The notes beneath the pieces are model-generated. The model did no database searches. It worked only from the letters and a program-made list of their open reading frames with translations, and was not told the origin of the DNA. A stretch of DNA of 64,000 bases from Caecitellus pseudoparvulus. Taxonomy: Eukaryota > Protista > Bigyra: Bicosoecida. The position numbers were made by a program, and so were the translations under genes. The DNA lies in assembly GCA_965644315.1 (NCBI GenBank), contig CBFFRQ010000032.1, positions 248,001-312,000 on the forward strand, given 5' to 3'. Below, piece after piece: positions 11,961-23,407 of the stretch. How positions within the stretch are numbered: position 1 is the first letter of the stretch; each line of letters opens with the position of its first letter.

Positions 11961-14900
11961 TCACTGAGCAGCACCGCCGCTGGAGGCGCCAGGTGGACGC
12001 GTGCGTGAGCGGAGCGTCGCGGAAACAAGTTGCGTCAATGCACCCCAAGTATGCAGCGCCACCCCGCTGGCTTGCTGAGCGACGGCAGAGCCCGGCATCT
12101 CACCCGATGCAGGCTGAGAGGACTGGCCTCCGCTTGGGCCAAGGGGTGTCCCAGGTCCAGATCTACTTGCTGCTGGAGTGACTCCTTGGCCAGCCGCGGC
12201 AGGTGTCGCCAGGGCCAGCCCAGAGAAGTCGAGATTGGAAGGGAGGGGGAGCTCTAGCGGCGCACAGCGCAGTCCAGGCAGCCAATGCCCGGCCGTCCAC
12301 GAAGAAGGGGGGGCATTTGCCGAGGCAGTGGGGGCCGCTGGCGTTGACTGAGAGGTGCGCCGCTGCGTAGGCAGCGGCGCGCTGGCCCCCGCCCACCTCT
12401 GCACCACACTGTGGGCGAGCCTGGACCCCATGAGCACTGTGGCCGGGGGTGTGGAGGAGGAGGGGAGGGGGGGGGTGGGCAGCACCAGGTGAGGGGGGGG
12501 CGGTGCGAGGGCCAGGGGTGTGTGGCCCCCCCTTGTGCCCCCCAAGGGCAGCACACGCCGCAGCACTTCCCCCCCCTCCCGCACCTGTCGCTTCCAGCCC
12601 CGACTCATAGCAGAGGGGGCCTTTGGCACCAGCCCCGTCCGCAGCATGGGGCTGCAGCTCAACGTGGCGGCTGCCTGCTGGGCGGCACTGGCTGCACTGG
12701 CAAGCAAGGCATCCTCCACCAGTGCCCACTCCACCGCATCCACCGCGTCGCCCTCCTCCACCGCCAGAGCTGCCAAGGCCTCCCCCACGTGCCAGGCACC
12801 GTCCCTAGTGGGCACGCCTGTGGCAGCTGCCCAAGTGGACCCAGGCCCTGCAGGCGTCAGAGCAACGGTGCTGGAGTCACTGGCAGGGCAGTGAGCCCAT
12901 GTCGCCGTGGGCAGGCGGGGCTCGGAAGACAGCACCTCGCCCGGGCAGGTCCCTTGCAGGACAGCCCGGAGTGACCAGGCCTCGGCCACACACCGCAGGC
13001 GGAGGGCGTCTCCTGCGCCCTCGGGCAACGCACCAAGGTGCAGTCGCAAGGTCTCGGAGACGCTGGTCGCGAACACGGAGCCACAAGCCTGGAACACCCG
13101 CCGCGCCACGACATCATCTCTGCGAGAGTCCAAGGCGCTGGCGTGCTGCAGTCCTTCCACAGCCTGGGCCGATGGGGGGGCGGCGTCCATGCTGCCTTGC
13201 GCGGACCCTGCCTGGGCCGCGGACACTGGGCCCAGGCCAGCCTCCTGTCCACAAGCTGCCAAGGCAGCCTGCGTGGCGCTGGCGTCCGCGGGGGCACCCA
13301 CTGTGCTGGCCACCGCATTCAAATGCAGCAGGCACCGCTGCAAGTCGTGAGAGGCGCCGATGGGCAGTGCAGTGCGTGTGGCGGCGGCGCCCTCCCCCTC
13401 TTCCTCATCCACCAGCCATGCCCACGTGCCACTGGCACACAGCAGGCGAGGCGGTGCGCCCACTTCTCCTCGCTGCCAGTGCCAGCCTGCCACAGCTCGC
13501 CTGTAGGCGTCAGCCACAGGCTCAGCCAGTCGGCGCCCCAGCTCTCCCGTCACAGCATGCAGGCGGGGCGAGTCTGGCAGGGGTACACCCAGCACGGAGC
13601 AGCCAGCGGCGAACACCCGGTGGGCAACGGCACAGCGGAAAGCCAGGCCGCCCACGCCATCCTGGTCTGCGTCGCCCCCCTGCCCCCCTGGCGCTTCCAG
13701 CGCTGCTGCCAACGCGCCTTGCCACAGTGCGTGCCTGGCCGCATCACTGTTCAGGGCGCCCAACGCGCCGAGGGCGGCCTGACACTCCAGCACAGACTGC
13801 ACGAGGCAGTGGCAGCCAGCGCTGGCCAAAGCAGCAAGGACACCCTGCAGCTCCAGGCCAGCAGCCCCGTCTGCTGCTGCCTGGAGTGCGGCAATGGCCA
13901 CCCTGCCGTGGGGCGTGTCCCCTGCGGCGTGAGTCACTGGAGTCAGTGGCACGCGCACTCGGGCGAGGGGGGTGGCAGCCCAGGCCATCAGCCGCCCATC
14001 AACTACAGTGCGCGTGGGGTGTGACTCTTGGGGCTCTTCGCGGCGGTCCACGACACAGCGGAGGGTGTGCAGCCCATCCCCGTCCCCGGCCCCTTCCAAC
14101 GCCCGCAGCAGCGCCACTGCGGAAGGAGGGGAGGCGATGTCCGCTGCGCGGGGCACTTCACCGCGGCAGCCGGCACTGTGGAGTGCGGTGGCAGTGCTCC
14201 AAGCCTGGCTCGCGACACTAGCGAGGTCCGCCAGCATGTCGCCGTGCGACGTGGCGACGCCTTCCCGCACGCTCCCGGCTGCCTCGGCGCAAGCTGCCTC
14301 CAACGCATCGCTGACAGGGGCCCACACTGCGGTGAAGATGGCCCGGGTCGACGGGGGGGCACTCGCCTCGGTCGGGTGTTGTGCTTGGTACGCCTCCAGC
14401 AGGGCAGTGGGGGGAGTGGCGGGCTCAGGCGCCCCAGACAGGGCGGCTCGGATGCCCTGTGCACGCCGGGCAGCTTGGGAGGGGTGTGCAGGGGGGGCTA
14501 TGCCGTCCCTCACCCCAGCTGCGATGCTCGCAGGGCCCCTTGCCATGGCTTCTCCAAGAGCAGCCAGCACAGCTGCCTTGGCAGGCGGCGGTGCCCCACT
14601 GACCTCCCCACTCGCCTGCCTCAGAGCAGCCTGCACCGCACGGGTCAGGGAGGGGGGCAGGCTGCTGGGCAACGCCGCTTGGCCCGCCTGCAGCATGCGG
14701 GCCTGCAATCTGCCCTCTGCATCTGCCTCCCCCGTCCACGCAGCAGCAAAGGACAAGGCAGCCCACAGCTGCGTCACTGCCGTGCCCGGCTCGCCCTGAA
14801 CGGCCAGCGCCTCGCAAGCAGCCAAGCTGGCTTCCAGAGACCGCGGGATGAGGGCCATTACCGACGCACCAGTGGAATCCTCGAGAACATGGGCACATAG

Positions 14901-15552
14901 AGCCTGGCATGCCAGCAGCGCTGGCAATGCAGCGCCTTGAGGCTGCCCTTGTGACTCGGCCTCCGCCCGGAAACGCAGCTGGCGTGCCATGACGCACAGT
15001 GAACGCACTCGAGCAGGGCTGGCGGGTGGATCAATGGCCTGCAGCGCTGCGTGCAAGGCCAGCAACGCAGCGGCACTGCCCATCATGTCCTGGGGCGTGT
15101 CTGCTGCCCAAGCCTGCTGCACTGCGCTGGCGCAAGCCGCTGACAGGGCGGGGTGTGCAGCGGCCTGGGACGATGCCTCGGGGACCTCCGAGCACGACTG
15201 TGTCGCTGGGGCTGCTTGCACCACTCCCTGCACAGCTATGCGCTCCAGGGCCGACGTCAAGTTTGCCGTGGCGGACTGAAAGCTCTCCAGCCTGGCCAGC
15301 ACGCTTGCCGCTTCATCAGCACTGGCCACCAAGTCCAAGAAGCGGTCACCGACGAGGTCGTGCAGCTTGTTTCGATTAGCTTCGTGTTCTTCCCTGTAGG
15401 TGGGGGGGGCGGCGGAAGCTGTGTGTGGTGACGGCAGCGACCCTCGCAAGCCGAGGCGCAGCTCACCTCATCCGTCCAACTTCCGCACGCACAGCAGCGA
15501 TGCTTGCCGCGCCCATCAACGAATCTACGTCCTTGAACGACTGGCCTTCCAT
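11961..15552 (-). CDS. COG1: COG complex subunit 1-like protein (Vps51/Vps67 N-terminal domain); intron 15394-15466
   Basis: Spliced N-terminus DVDSLMGAASIAAVRAEVGRMREEHEANRNKLHDLVGDRFLDLVASADE matches the COG1/Vps51 pattern (L+LVG.RY.DL..AD). The rest is divergent and Ala-rich. Confidence 0.65.
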
Positions 15553-15998
15553 TCTTTTGCAAAGACTGATCGCCAGAAATGTTTCAAGTACACTGTCGAC
15601 TGCTTCCTTGGACAGCAGGTGCTGTCGCTACTTCGGGCACGTGGCCCAAGCCAGGCCACAACCTGCGCCAGCCAATGCACCACCCTCTGCCGAAGCAGCC
15701 CTGTGCCCGACACACAAGGGCGACGCAGTCGTCGACGGCCTTCACGCTGCCTTGGGTTGAAAGTGGATATCTGCCGCGATTGTGTTGCATTTGGGTGGCT
15801 CTGTCGGTGGACAGCTCACCGCGGCGTGCACTGCGCCGCAGAGCATGCCCACAGGGAGTGCTCAGGAAGCCCATCCCTACTTGCGTGCTGCTCAGCTCCC
15901 ACGTTTCTTCAGCTGGACCCCTGCTTTACGCACGCCACGCTGCTTGCAGGGCACCTGCCCGGCCAACTGTCCCATGCCCCTGCTTCCGTCTCGGCCCC

Positions 15999-16512
15999 TC
16001 ACTGCTGCCCTGCAGGGACGGTCAAGCCTTGCACAACATTGCCAAACTCAGACGCCTGTTCGAAGGGGGCGCAAAGGCGTGGGCGCTGAGGCGCTGCACG
16101 CGGGTGCGTTGGAGAGCGAGGCCTGGGGCACGCACCACAACTTTGAACGTGTGCATGTACGCAGCCTGGCAGTTGTTGATGCAGCCACGCTGGCGTTCTG
16201 TCAAGCTGTCTTGGGCAGGTGGGCTGGTGATGCAGCGCTTGAAGCAGATCGTGTCGGCATTCTGGGCAAGGCAACGGCGGGCGTGTTGCTGGGTAGCGCA
16301 AATTCCGCAGGCAAGCGTCGCGCCCGCCCTACGTTTGAGATGTTCAGAGACAAGGCAGTGCTGGTGTACTTGCTCAGCTGTGTGGAAGCGTTCAGATAGG
16401 GTGCGGGGCGTGTCTGGGCAGTTTGCCGGGTGTGCGCAGCACACACCTGACCAGTGACGGCTGCTTCCAGCCGAGGCGTCATGGCGCCCGGCCGACTGCT
16501 GTCCGAAGCCAT
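15999..16512 (-). CDS. Small TIM chaperone (Tim8/Tim13-like, twin CX3C), about 4 exons
   Basis: CFKRC-(16 aa)-CINNC twin CX3C motif followed by AAYM. Short exons are bounded by GT-AG; exon limits are approximate. Confidence 0.75.
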
Positions 16513-16620
16513 GGCAGGCGTGGGTCAGCGGCAGGCAACACTCTGCGCTGGAGAAGAAGTTCTCAGCGTCACGTGGGGAAGCGTGTAATGTTTCAGGAGA
16601 GAGAGTGTTGCGGTGTCATC

Positions 16621-17808
16621 TCACGGGGCTGGCACTGACATCGCGGCGCCACAGAAAGGACATGCCCCGTGCAGGCGCTGAAAGACTTGCTTGCAAGTGC
16701 TGTCGAAGGCCAAGGCGGCCTGCAAGCAAGGCAGGTGGTACGGTCGGCGGCAGGCTTCGGAGGCGCAAAACTCCCACTCGCAAGTGGCGGCAGCGCCCCC
16801 ATGGTCACCCGGTGCAGCATCGCTCCAGCAGATGCCACACTCGTGGCGCACCAGCCGCACATCGGCTGGCTCCAGCCCCTGACCTGACTCTTCAGCAAAC
16901 AGGATCGGTCGCAGGGCACTCGCCATATCGGCCGCGCTGGCCCCTTGCCACTCGTGGCGCCCGCCCAGCGCCTTTGCAATACGGCGCTGCAACGATGCAG
17001 TGAGGTCTGTGGGGCCCCATAGGGTGATGCGTGGCCGTGGAAGGGAAGAGCTCTGTGAGTCTTGAGAAGCAGGGGTGTACCGGTCGCCGTGGACGTGTGC
17101 TGTGCTGCCTGGCCGGAAGGCGAACGTGACGGCGCCGTCGGTCGCCACAACACCGCCTGCCTCGCGCTGCAAGGCCTGCACCAGCGCTGCATGCCAGTCA
17201 ATGAGGGCTGTCACGTGCTTGTCCAGGGCAATGCGCACTTCGGGTGAGCCTGGGCACTCCGACAGGGCGCCCGTGCCAGGCAGAGGCAAGCACGGGAAAG
17301 CAGCATGCAGCGCCTGCGCGTGGCGCCAGACGAGAGAATGGCAGAGAGCGAGGGCCATGTCAAGGGCGGCGCAGACGTCCAGAGCCCATGCAGCCGCAGC
17401 ATCCACGCTCTGGGCCGTTGACGGGGAGGCTTCAGGGGTGTCCCATGCCTCGCTTGCAGGAGCACTTGCTTGGCTACTTGTGACACCAGAGAGCGCCCCT
17501 GGGGCCGTGGAAGGAGAAGGCGGGACAGCAGGGAGCCGTCCTCGTGAGCCATGGCAAGTGTCTACCTCTACCAGACATGGCAACACTGGCCAGGTGGCAT
17601 GTGCACTGGCCAAGGTTTGGCCGGTGTCGGGACAGGTGCGGAACTTGAGGGTGACGCCATGCACCTTGCCATGCGCGCCTTCCACGTTCAGCTGCACGGC
17701 ATCGAGGGAGGGGCTGACGCTGACGACGTCTTTCCAGCCAATGCACTCGCACAGCGCAACACAGCGAGCAGCTTGGACGGCTGGGACGAGCGGGCCAGCC
17801 GCCTGCAT
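16621..17808 (-). CDS. FANCL: FANCL-like E3 ubiquitin ligase (C-terminal FANCL RING/PHD)
   Basis: C-terminal ECGICW...C...CRRPYH..CL...KQVFQRLHGACPFC follows the FANCL RING signature. An RWD-like VRIALDKHVTALID segment lies upstream. Likely ATG at 17808. Confidence 0.8.
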   Translation of the reverse strand: MQAAGPLVPAVQAARCVALCECIGWKDVVSVSPSLDAVQLNVEGAHGKVHGVTLKFRTCPDTGQTLASAHATWPVLPCLVEVDTCHGSRGRLPAVPPSPSTAPGALSGVTSSQASAPASEAWDTPEASPSTAQSVDAAAAWALDVCAALDMALALCHSLVWRHAQALHAAFPCLPLPGTGALSECPGSPEVRIALDKHVTALIDWHAALVQALQREAGGVVATDGAVTFAFRPGSTAHVHGDRYTPASQDSQSSSLPRPRITLWGPTDLTASLQRRIAKALGGRHEWQGASAADMASALRPILFAEESGQGLEPADVRLVRHECGICWSDAAPGDHGGAAATCEWEFCASEACRRPYHLPCLQAALAFDSTCKQVFQRLHGACPFCGAAMSVPAP

Positions 17809-18019
17809 GCTCAAACGGGAAAGTGCGCGAGCGCTCCCAGCAATAGCGCTGCCAACGCCCCCCTCACTGGACAGCGGCCCGGGCAGGCCGCAGTGCCAAG
17901 CAAAGGTATGGTGCGACAAACCATTCAAGGCACGCCGCAGGTGGTTATTGACAGAGCTCCTGGCCGCGCACGCTGCATTGCGGAGTGATAGTTTGGGGGG
18001 GGGGTGGCACCAGGAGGCC

Positions 18020-20017
18020 TTACGCAGACTTCTTGGACTTCTTCTCCTTCTTGGACTTCTTCTCCTTCTTCTCCTTCTTCTCCTTCTTCTCCTTCTTGGA
18101 CTTCTTGGCAGAGGAGGGCTCTGTGGCGCTGTCTTCGCTCTCGGGCTCGGCGGCGGCGGCGGCGGCGGCGGCGGCAGGGGCGGGCGCGGCCTCCTCGCGG
18201 CTGCGCTTCTTGGCCTTCTTCTCCTTCTTCTCCTTCTTGGACTTCTTGGACTTCTTGCTGCTGTCGCCAGAGGAGTCGTCGTCGTCGTCGTGGGCGGCGG
18301 CGGCGCCGGCGCCACGCGTGGTGGCAGCGGCGGCGGCTGACGCCTCGGCCATCAGGGGCGCCACATCGTCCAGCACCTCGCGCATGGCGTCCACGTTGCG
18401 CTTGGGGGCGGTGCCGGTCTCGTAGAAGGACAGGCGCTCCTCCACCTGATCCCGCATCTTCTCTCCGAACTTCGCGGTGGTGAAGTCGGCGAAGGAGTCG
18501 ATGCGGCTGGCGATGGCGCACTTGTTGGCGAGGTAGCGGGAGATGCGGCCCTTGTTCTTGGCGCCTGCCCGGCCGATGAAGGAGGAGTGGAAGATGAGGC
18601 CGTACTTGGGCGTGTTTCCGCGAGTCTTGAGGGCGCGGAAGAGCGCCTTCTCGGCGCCCAGGATCTGGATGGTGGAGGCGGGGGACTTGGCCAGGGAGGT
18701 GAGGGAGCCGGCGTGGGAGATGAGGCGCGCGCCGACCTGCTCGCCGATGAGGGCGGAGAGGTTGGGCGCCACGTTGTGCATCTTCTCGATGAGGTACGTG
18801 TGGATGTCTGCGCGGTGCTCGGCCAGGGAGATGACGCGGTTGGTGAAGGCGTCCACGGAGATCATGTCCACCTCGGAGCAGTCCATGCCCATGGAGGAGC
18901 GCGCGGCGTCCAGGACGGCCTTGCTCAGGTCCTCGTCCAGGGTCAGCTCCGTGAGCTTGGGCAGGGACTCCTCAGACAGCGTGGAGCGGCGGCCGATGAA
19001 CTGGGCCACCCGGGCGTACATGTAGTTGTCCTTCACGATCTTGGACAGCTCGGGGAAGTGCCAGCCGTACCACTCCTTGATGCGCATGGCGAAGGTGTTC
19101 AGGTCCTTGTCCAGCTGGTCCAGCAGGCAGATGGCCTGGATGATCATGTTGTCGGAGCGGTTCACGTTGAACTTCACCTTGGCGCGGGAGTAGGAGTGTG
19201 CCAGACCCAGCTGAGCCTTCTCCATGGCCCCGCCCTCCAGACCCTTCACCAGGGCTGCCAAGTGCATGCGCGCGCCACGCAGCAGCTCGAACACCTGCAC
19301 ACGGGACGTAAGGCGGGATGTGCACCATGCTCCAGGCACCTGACCATGCGCCATGCGGCGCCCGGGCCGAGGCAACAGCGTGCAGGCTGAAGCGCCTGGC
19401 ACAGCACCACAACGCCTTCCCGGGCGCGAGTGGGTCAGGCACGCACCGTCTCGTTCACCGTGCAGGGCACGCCGACAGATTCCTGAATGGCAGTGCCAAT
19501 CTTGGGCTCCATCTGCACACAGGCGCCGGCGGTGGGGGGCGTGCAGGGAGCAATCAAAGACCCAGCGTGTTCGGCTTGGCAGGTGCCCGATGGTGTGCAG
19601 CACGTACGACGCCCAGCTGGAACTTTGCCTTCTTGCCAGGCTTGACCTTGGGCAGGTTCATCTCCAGGAAGGTCTTCAAGCCCTCGTTCACGATGCCTGG
19701 CGTAGGAAGGCGGCGGAGCGGAGCACGGTGAGGCCAGGGCTGGCGTGGGTGCCGTGCGGAATTGAGGCACCGCGGCACGCCTCCCAAGGCCCCCTGCGCG
19801 CCCACCACGCACCTTCAGAGACGTCGTTGATGTTCTGCAGGGCATCTTCCGCGGACTCAAAGGCCTGGAAGGCGGTCAGCTTGACCATCTTGCTGAACTT
19901 GGACAGGTCGCCGACGGCGGACACCATCGCCTTGGACTGGGCGGCAACCTCCTCAGCCTCCACCACCTCCATCAGGCCATACCCGGAGGCAGCCTCGAAC
20001 AGCAGGTACAACGCCAT
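18020..20017 (-). CDS. NOP56: Nucleolar protein 56, box C/D snoRNP core (4 exons)
   Basis: [93 protein letters not shown], and a KKE tail. Strongly biased codon usage. Confidence 0.97.
18028..18260 (-). repeat. Coding KKE/KKS low-complexity repeats in the NOP56 tail
   Basis: Tandem cttctcctt/cttcttgga 9-mers on the + strand encode [14 protein letters not shown]. Confidence 0.9.
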
Positions 20018-20284
20018 ATCGATGAGGGAGTTCGCGTGTGCAGGCGGCAGGGCCAGCGGTCGAAGCAGACTCCGTTCGGGTTGCGGAATTTCGCCGGGTG
20101 TGCGGCGCTTGCAGGAAGTCGTGCACCTGCGATGGATCTCGCAGAGGCAGGGAGGAAGCGAGCGTGGGGCTGTGAAAAGTACTGCCTGGCCGGGGGCGTG
20201 CATGGCCGTGCCAGCTGGCACGCTGCATGCTCCCCCCCTCCAACCCCCCCACAGCCTGGCCTGGTTCGGGGCTGCGGAGTGCAT

Positions 20285-22341
20285 TCAAGCGTCATCCTCC
20301 AGCCGACTATGCGTACCACCTTGCTGCATGGTGGCTGCCTTGCTGGGCAGTTCAGTCAGCCCTCGATGGGCCAGGCGCTGGGCTATGCTTGGCTCCCGCC
20401 GGTGGCTGGGATCCAGCAGGCTCACGTACTTGCGCAGGCGCACGGGGCCCTCGCGCTCCAGGCCCTCATCCGGCACGACACTAGGCAGCAGAGCAGACAC
20501 GGACCGCACACCCACGGCTTCCAGTGCGTGGGGGAGGGAAGGCGCGCCTGGTGCCTTGCGCAGGGCAGCTAGCACCTGCGTCTTGGCATGGCCAGATGCA
20601 AACAGCTGGGCCGCAGCCAGGGACGGCTCACACGCGCTCAGGTGCCCTGCATCGCCACTCAGAACACGCATGACTGCCGCGAGACATGGGGGCTCCCGCC
20701 CTGCGTCGTCAAACTGCCCCTGCAAGACTGTGCCGGCTGCCGCCGTTCCTGGCAGACGCGGCCCAGGCACCTGCAGACGAGGCACCGTGTCTGCGGCAGC
20801 TCCCAGCGTGTGCAGCGCATGGCCCTGTGCTTCCACCCCACTGCTGTCTGCTGCCTGGAGCGTGCTGGGGCCCAGAAGGCCAACGCCAGTGGGGGCACAG
20901 GCCAGGGAAGCCGCCACCTCATCCCGGACACCAGCGCCATATGCCGACACCTCCTCCTCCACGTCGTACACGCTCACCAGGCGACAGCAGGTGTCCTCCT
21001 TCGGCTGAGGAATGAGTGGGGTCCGGTACGCTGCCGTCAGCATGTCGCCCAGCATGGCTGTCTTGACGGCTGACGCCGCCCACGCCTCCTCCAGCCCCGC
21101 CACGAGGTTCTTCAGCGCCATGGGGGACGCCCATAGGGGCAAGTCATGAAAGTGGCAGTAGTACAGGCACAGCGCCTGCTCGTGGGCCATGATGAACACT
21201 GGCTTGCACGGCTGCGCCTGAACGTCCAGAAGCCCTGGAACAACGGCAGGGGTCTCAAGGCCTCGGCCCACTCGGAACAGAACAGCTGCCATGCACCGCA
21301 CTTGATGCCACAAAAAAGCCTGTCCCACGATCTCGAAGTACCACATGCTGTGGCGCTGGCGCAGGGGGGTGCTGTCTGCGGGGGCCGCCTGCCCGGCACC
21401 AACATCACTGCCAACCGGGGAAACAGGGAGCACTTTGAAGGAGAGGATGCTGCGCTCGAAGGTGGTGACTTTCTCCACGTCGGGTTTGCAGAAGTTCCGA
21501 AAGTCGTGCGTGCCAACCAGGCCGTTGGCAGCCTCCTGCATGGCTGCTGGGTCCATACCGCGCAGGGGGAAATAGTACCGGTACACACGGTACCCGGCGC
21601 AGAAACGCGCTGAGAAACGCGGAGTGGCGGGGCACCACCCCGTTATGCGAATGTCTTTCGGCAGCGCTGAGTTCAGAATGCGCATGTAGTCGTTCTCGCG
21701 GTGCATGGGCGGCAGCGCCTCGCCCCGCCGTGCTCGACTGCGCAGTTTCAGGGACAGCACCTGACCCAAGGCGCTCACACCTGCGTCTGTTCGACCACAC
21801 CGAGAGAAGTTTGCGGCACCGCGCCCACCGGGTGGCAACAGCCGCATGGACTCCAGCGCAGCAAAGAGCTCCCCCTCGACAGTGGGAATGTACTCAGCCT
21901 CGCCTCGCCCCTTGTACCCAGCTGCTGCCAGGCCGTGGTACCCTTCCCCCACGTACAGCATTCCCAACGCAATCTGACGGTACTCATAGGCATCAGGATC
22001 GAAAGTCTTCTCGCTTCGCCGCCGCTTTTTTCCAGATGCTTGAGCAGAGTCGCCGCCCGCAGCTGCTGCAGGCTCTGCCTGCGGAATTTCAGGTGCAGAC
22101 TTGCCCACCCTTTTCGCCGGCGGAGAGGCACTGCCATCCCCGTCTGCCGCTCCGTCGCCCTTTTCACGTGCATACACTTCAGCTATGCTGCTGGACACAA
22201 TTTCTGCGGAAGTCATTGCGGCAGCCGGGTGTGAGTCCAAAACCCACGCGCTGGTTCTCGCCGTCTCCCTTTCTCACCTGGTGCTTGAGCGCGCACACGC
22301 TGCAGCACAGCCAGCAGCTGATCGCGAGACAGCTCTTCCAT
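20285..22341 (-). CDS. PUS3: tRNA pseudouridine(38/39) synthase, TruA family; intron 22204-22277
   Basis: FSRCGRTDAGVSALGQV catalytic motif, FSARF, GTHDFRNFCK and GQAFLWHQVRCM. Upstream exon MEELSRDQLLAVLQRVRAQAPE splices in frame. Confidence 0.93.
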
Positions 22342-23407
22342 TGTAAAGAGGAGTCCGTCTCGCCGATACCGCGCTGCAGGGGCACAGGCCGCCTCCGAGC
22401 TTCCGGGAACGGCGGCGAGCGCGCCTGGCTTCCCAGCGTCGAGCGCACTTCACTGGCTTGCAGGACACTTGGTCAAGAGTTGTGGGAGGCAGTGCTCTAT
22501 TGCTTGCGCGGGCTTGTTCTGGTGAGGAGACGGAGAAGCACCGACACTCGCTGGCAGAAAATGGGTTCGGAAAGTAATTGTGGCTCAAAAGTGGAAGAGT
22601 CGCCAGAAGAATGCACGTGCACTATGAGACCGTACTTCATCGAGCGACTCGTATAGCCGATACGGTTGCTTAGCTCACCAAGCCGAGTCCGAATGTGAGT
22701 GTTTGGAAGGTAAGAGGCAACCTATGTACAGCCTGCTGCTTGTGAGTTGCGCGAATGGCTGATGCAGTTCAGTATGAAGCAGCTGGGGCCGGTTTTCATG
22801 TGGCAGCAATGGTTGCGAAACTCCGTAACGCTGCTGCTGACTGGCGCGATGAGCAGGCCCGGAAGCGCGAAAGGGCGTCTTGGAAGGGAATCACGTGAAT
22901 AAATGCTCCTTTTCACAGACGCAGCGGCTGCACGTTTTCTTGATACTTCGTGCAGGCGCCGTCACCGCGTTCGGCTGCGTGGGTGGTGCGGCACTGGTGC
23001 AGAAGCCTGCGGCAAGGACACAGCTAAGACCATCGCTCGCATCTCCATGGGCAATCGGCTCACCACAGCGTCTGATTGTCGCCAAAGGCTTCCAAAGCGC
23101 TTGGCGAGCAGCCCGGTCAACATCTTCGGCGTCCGTTCGCTGTCGGCACGAAGCAGATCCTGCCTGCCTCAGTCGTGTCACCACGGAGACCATTCCATCA
23201 AAAGTGAATCGAAGCAAACTCAGCATGGAGTCTGTTAACGCAGGCTCCCGCTAAATGTGGTGCTGACAAAGTCAGCGTGGGACTCCGTGTGCTGGGAGAG
23301 TTGTGTGTCGAGGGCCAGAGCGTTTGAGGCTCCAAGGAAGGCAAGAACACGTACATTCTTGCGTATTTCTGCGCCTTTACACAGTCCCACCCGGGGGTTG
23401 ATCCATT

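Noticed and set aside
17809-18315. Arg/Pro-rich N-terminal extension of the 564-aa ORF 16621..18315, apparently fusing into FANCL
   Set aside because: It is an alternative frame of the NOP56 KKE tail plus the intergenic gap, and it begins at a position internal to NOP56. FANCL more plausibly starts at 17808.
19290-19815. Intronic snoRNAs in NOP56, as occur in vertebrates
   Set aside because: No RTGATGA box C with a paired CTGA box D in any of the three short introns.
22714-22902. Peptide QFSMKQLGP resembling the copia reverse transcriptase F.MKDLG motif
   Set aside because: Short stop-bounded frame with no YVDD motif, no LTR and no other pol motifs; chance similarity.
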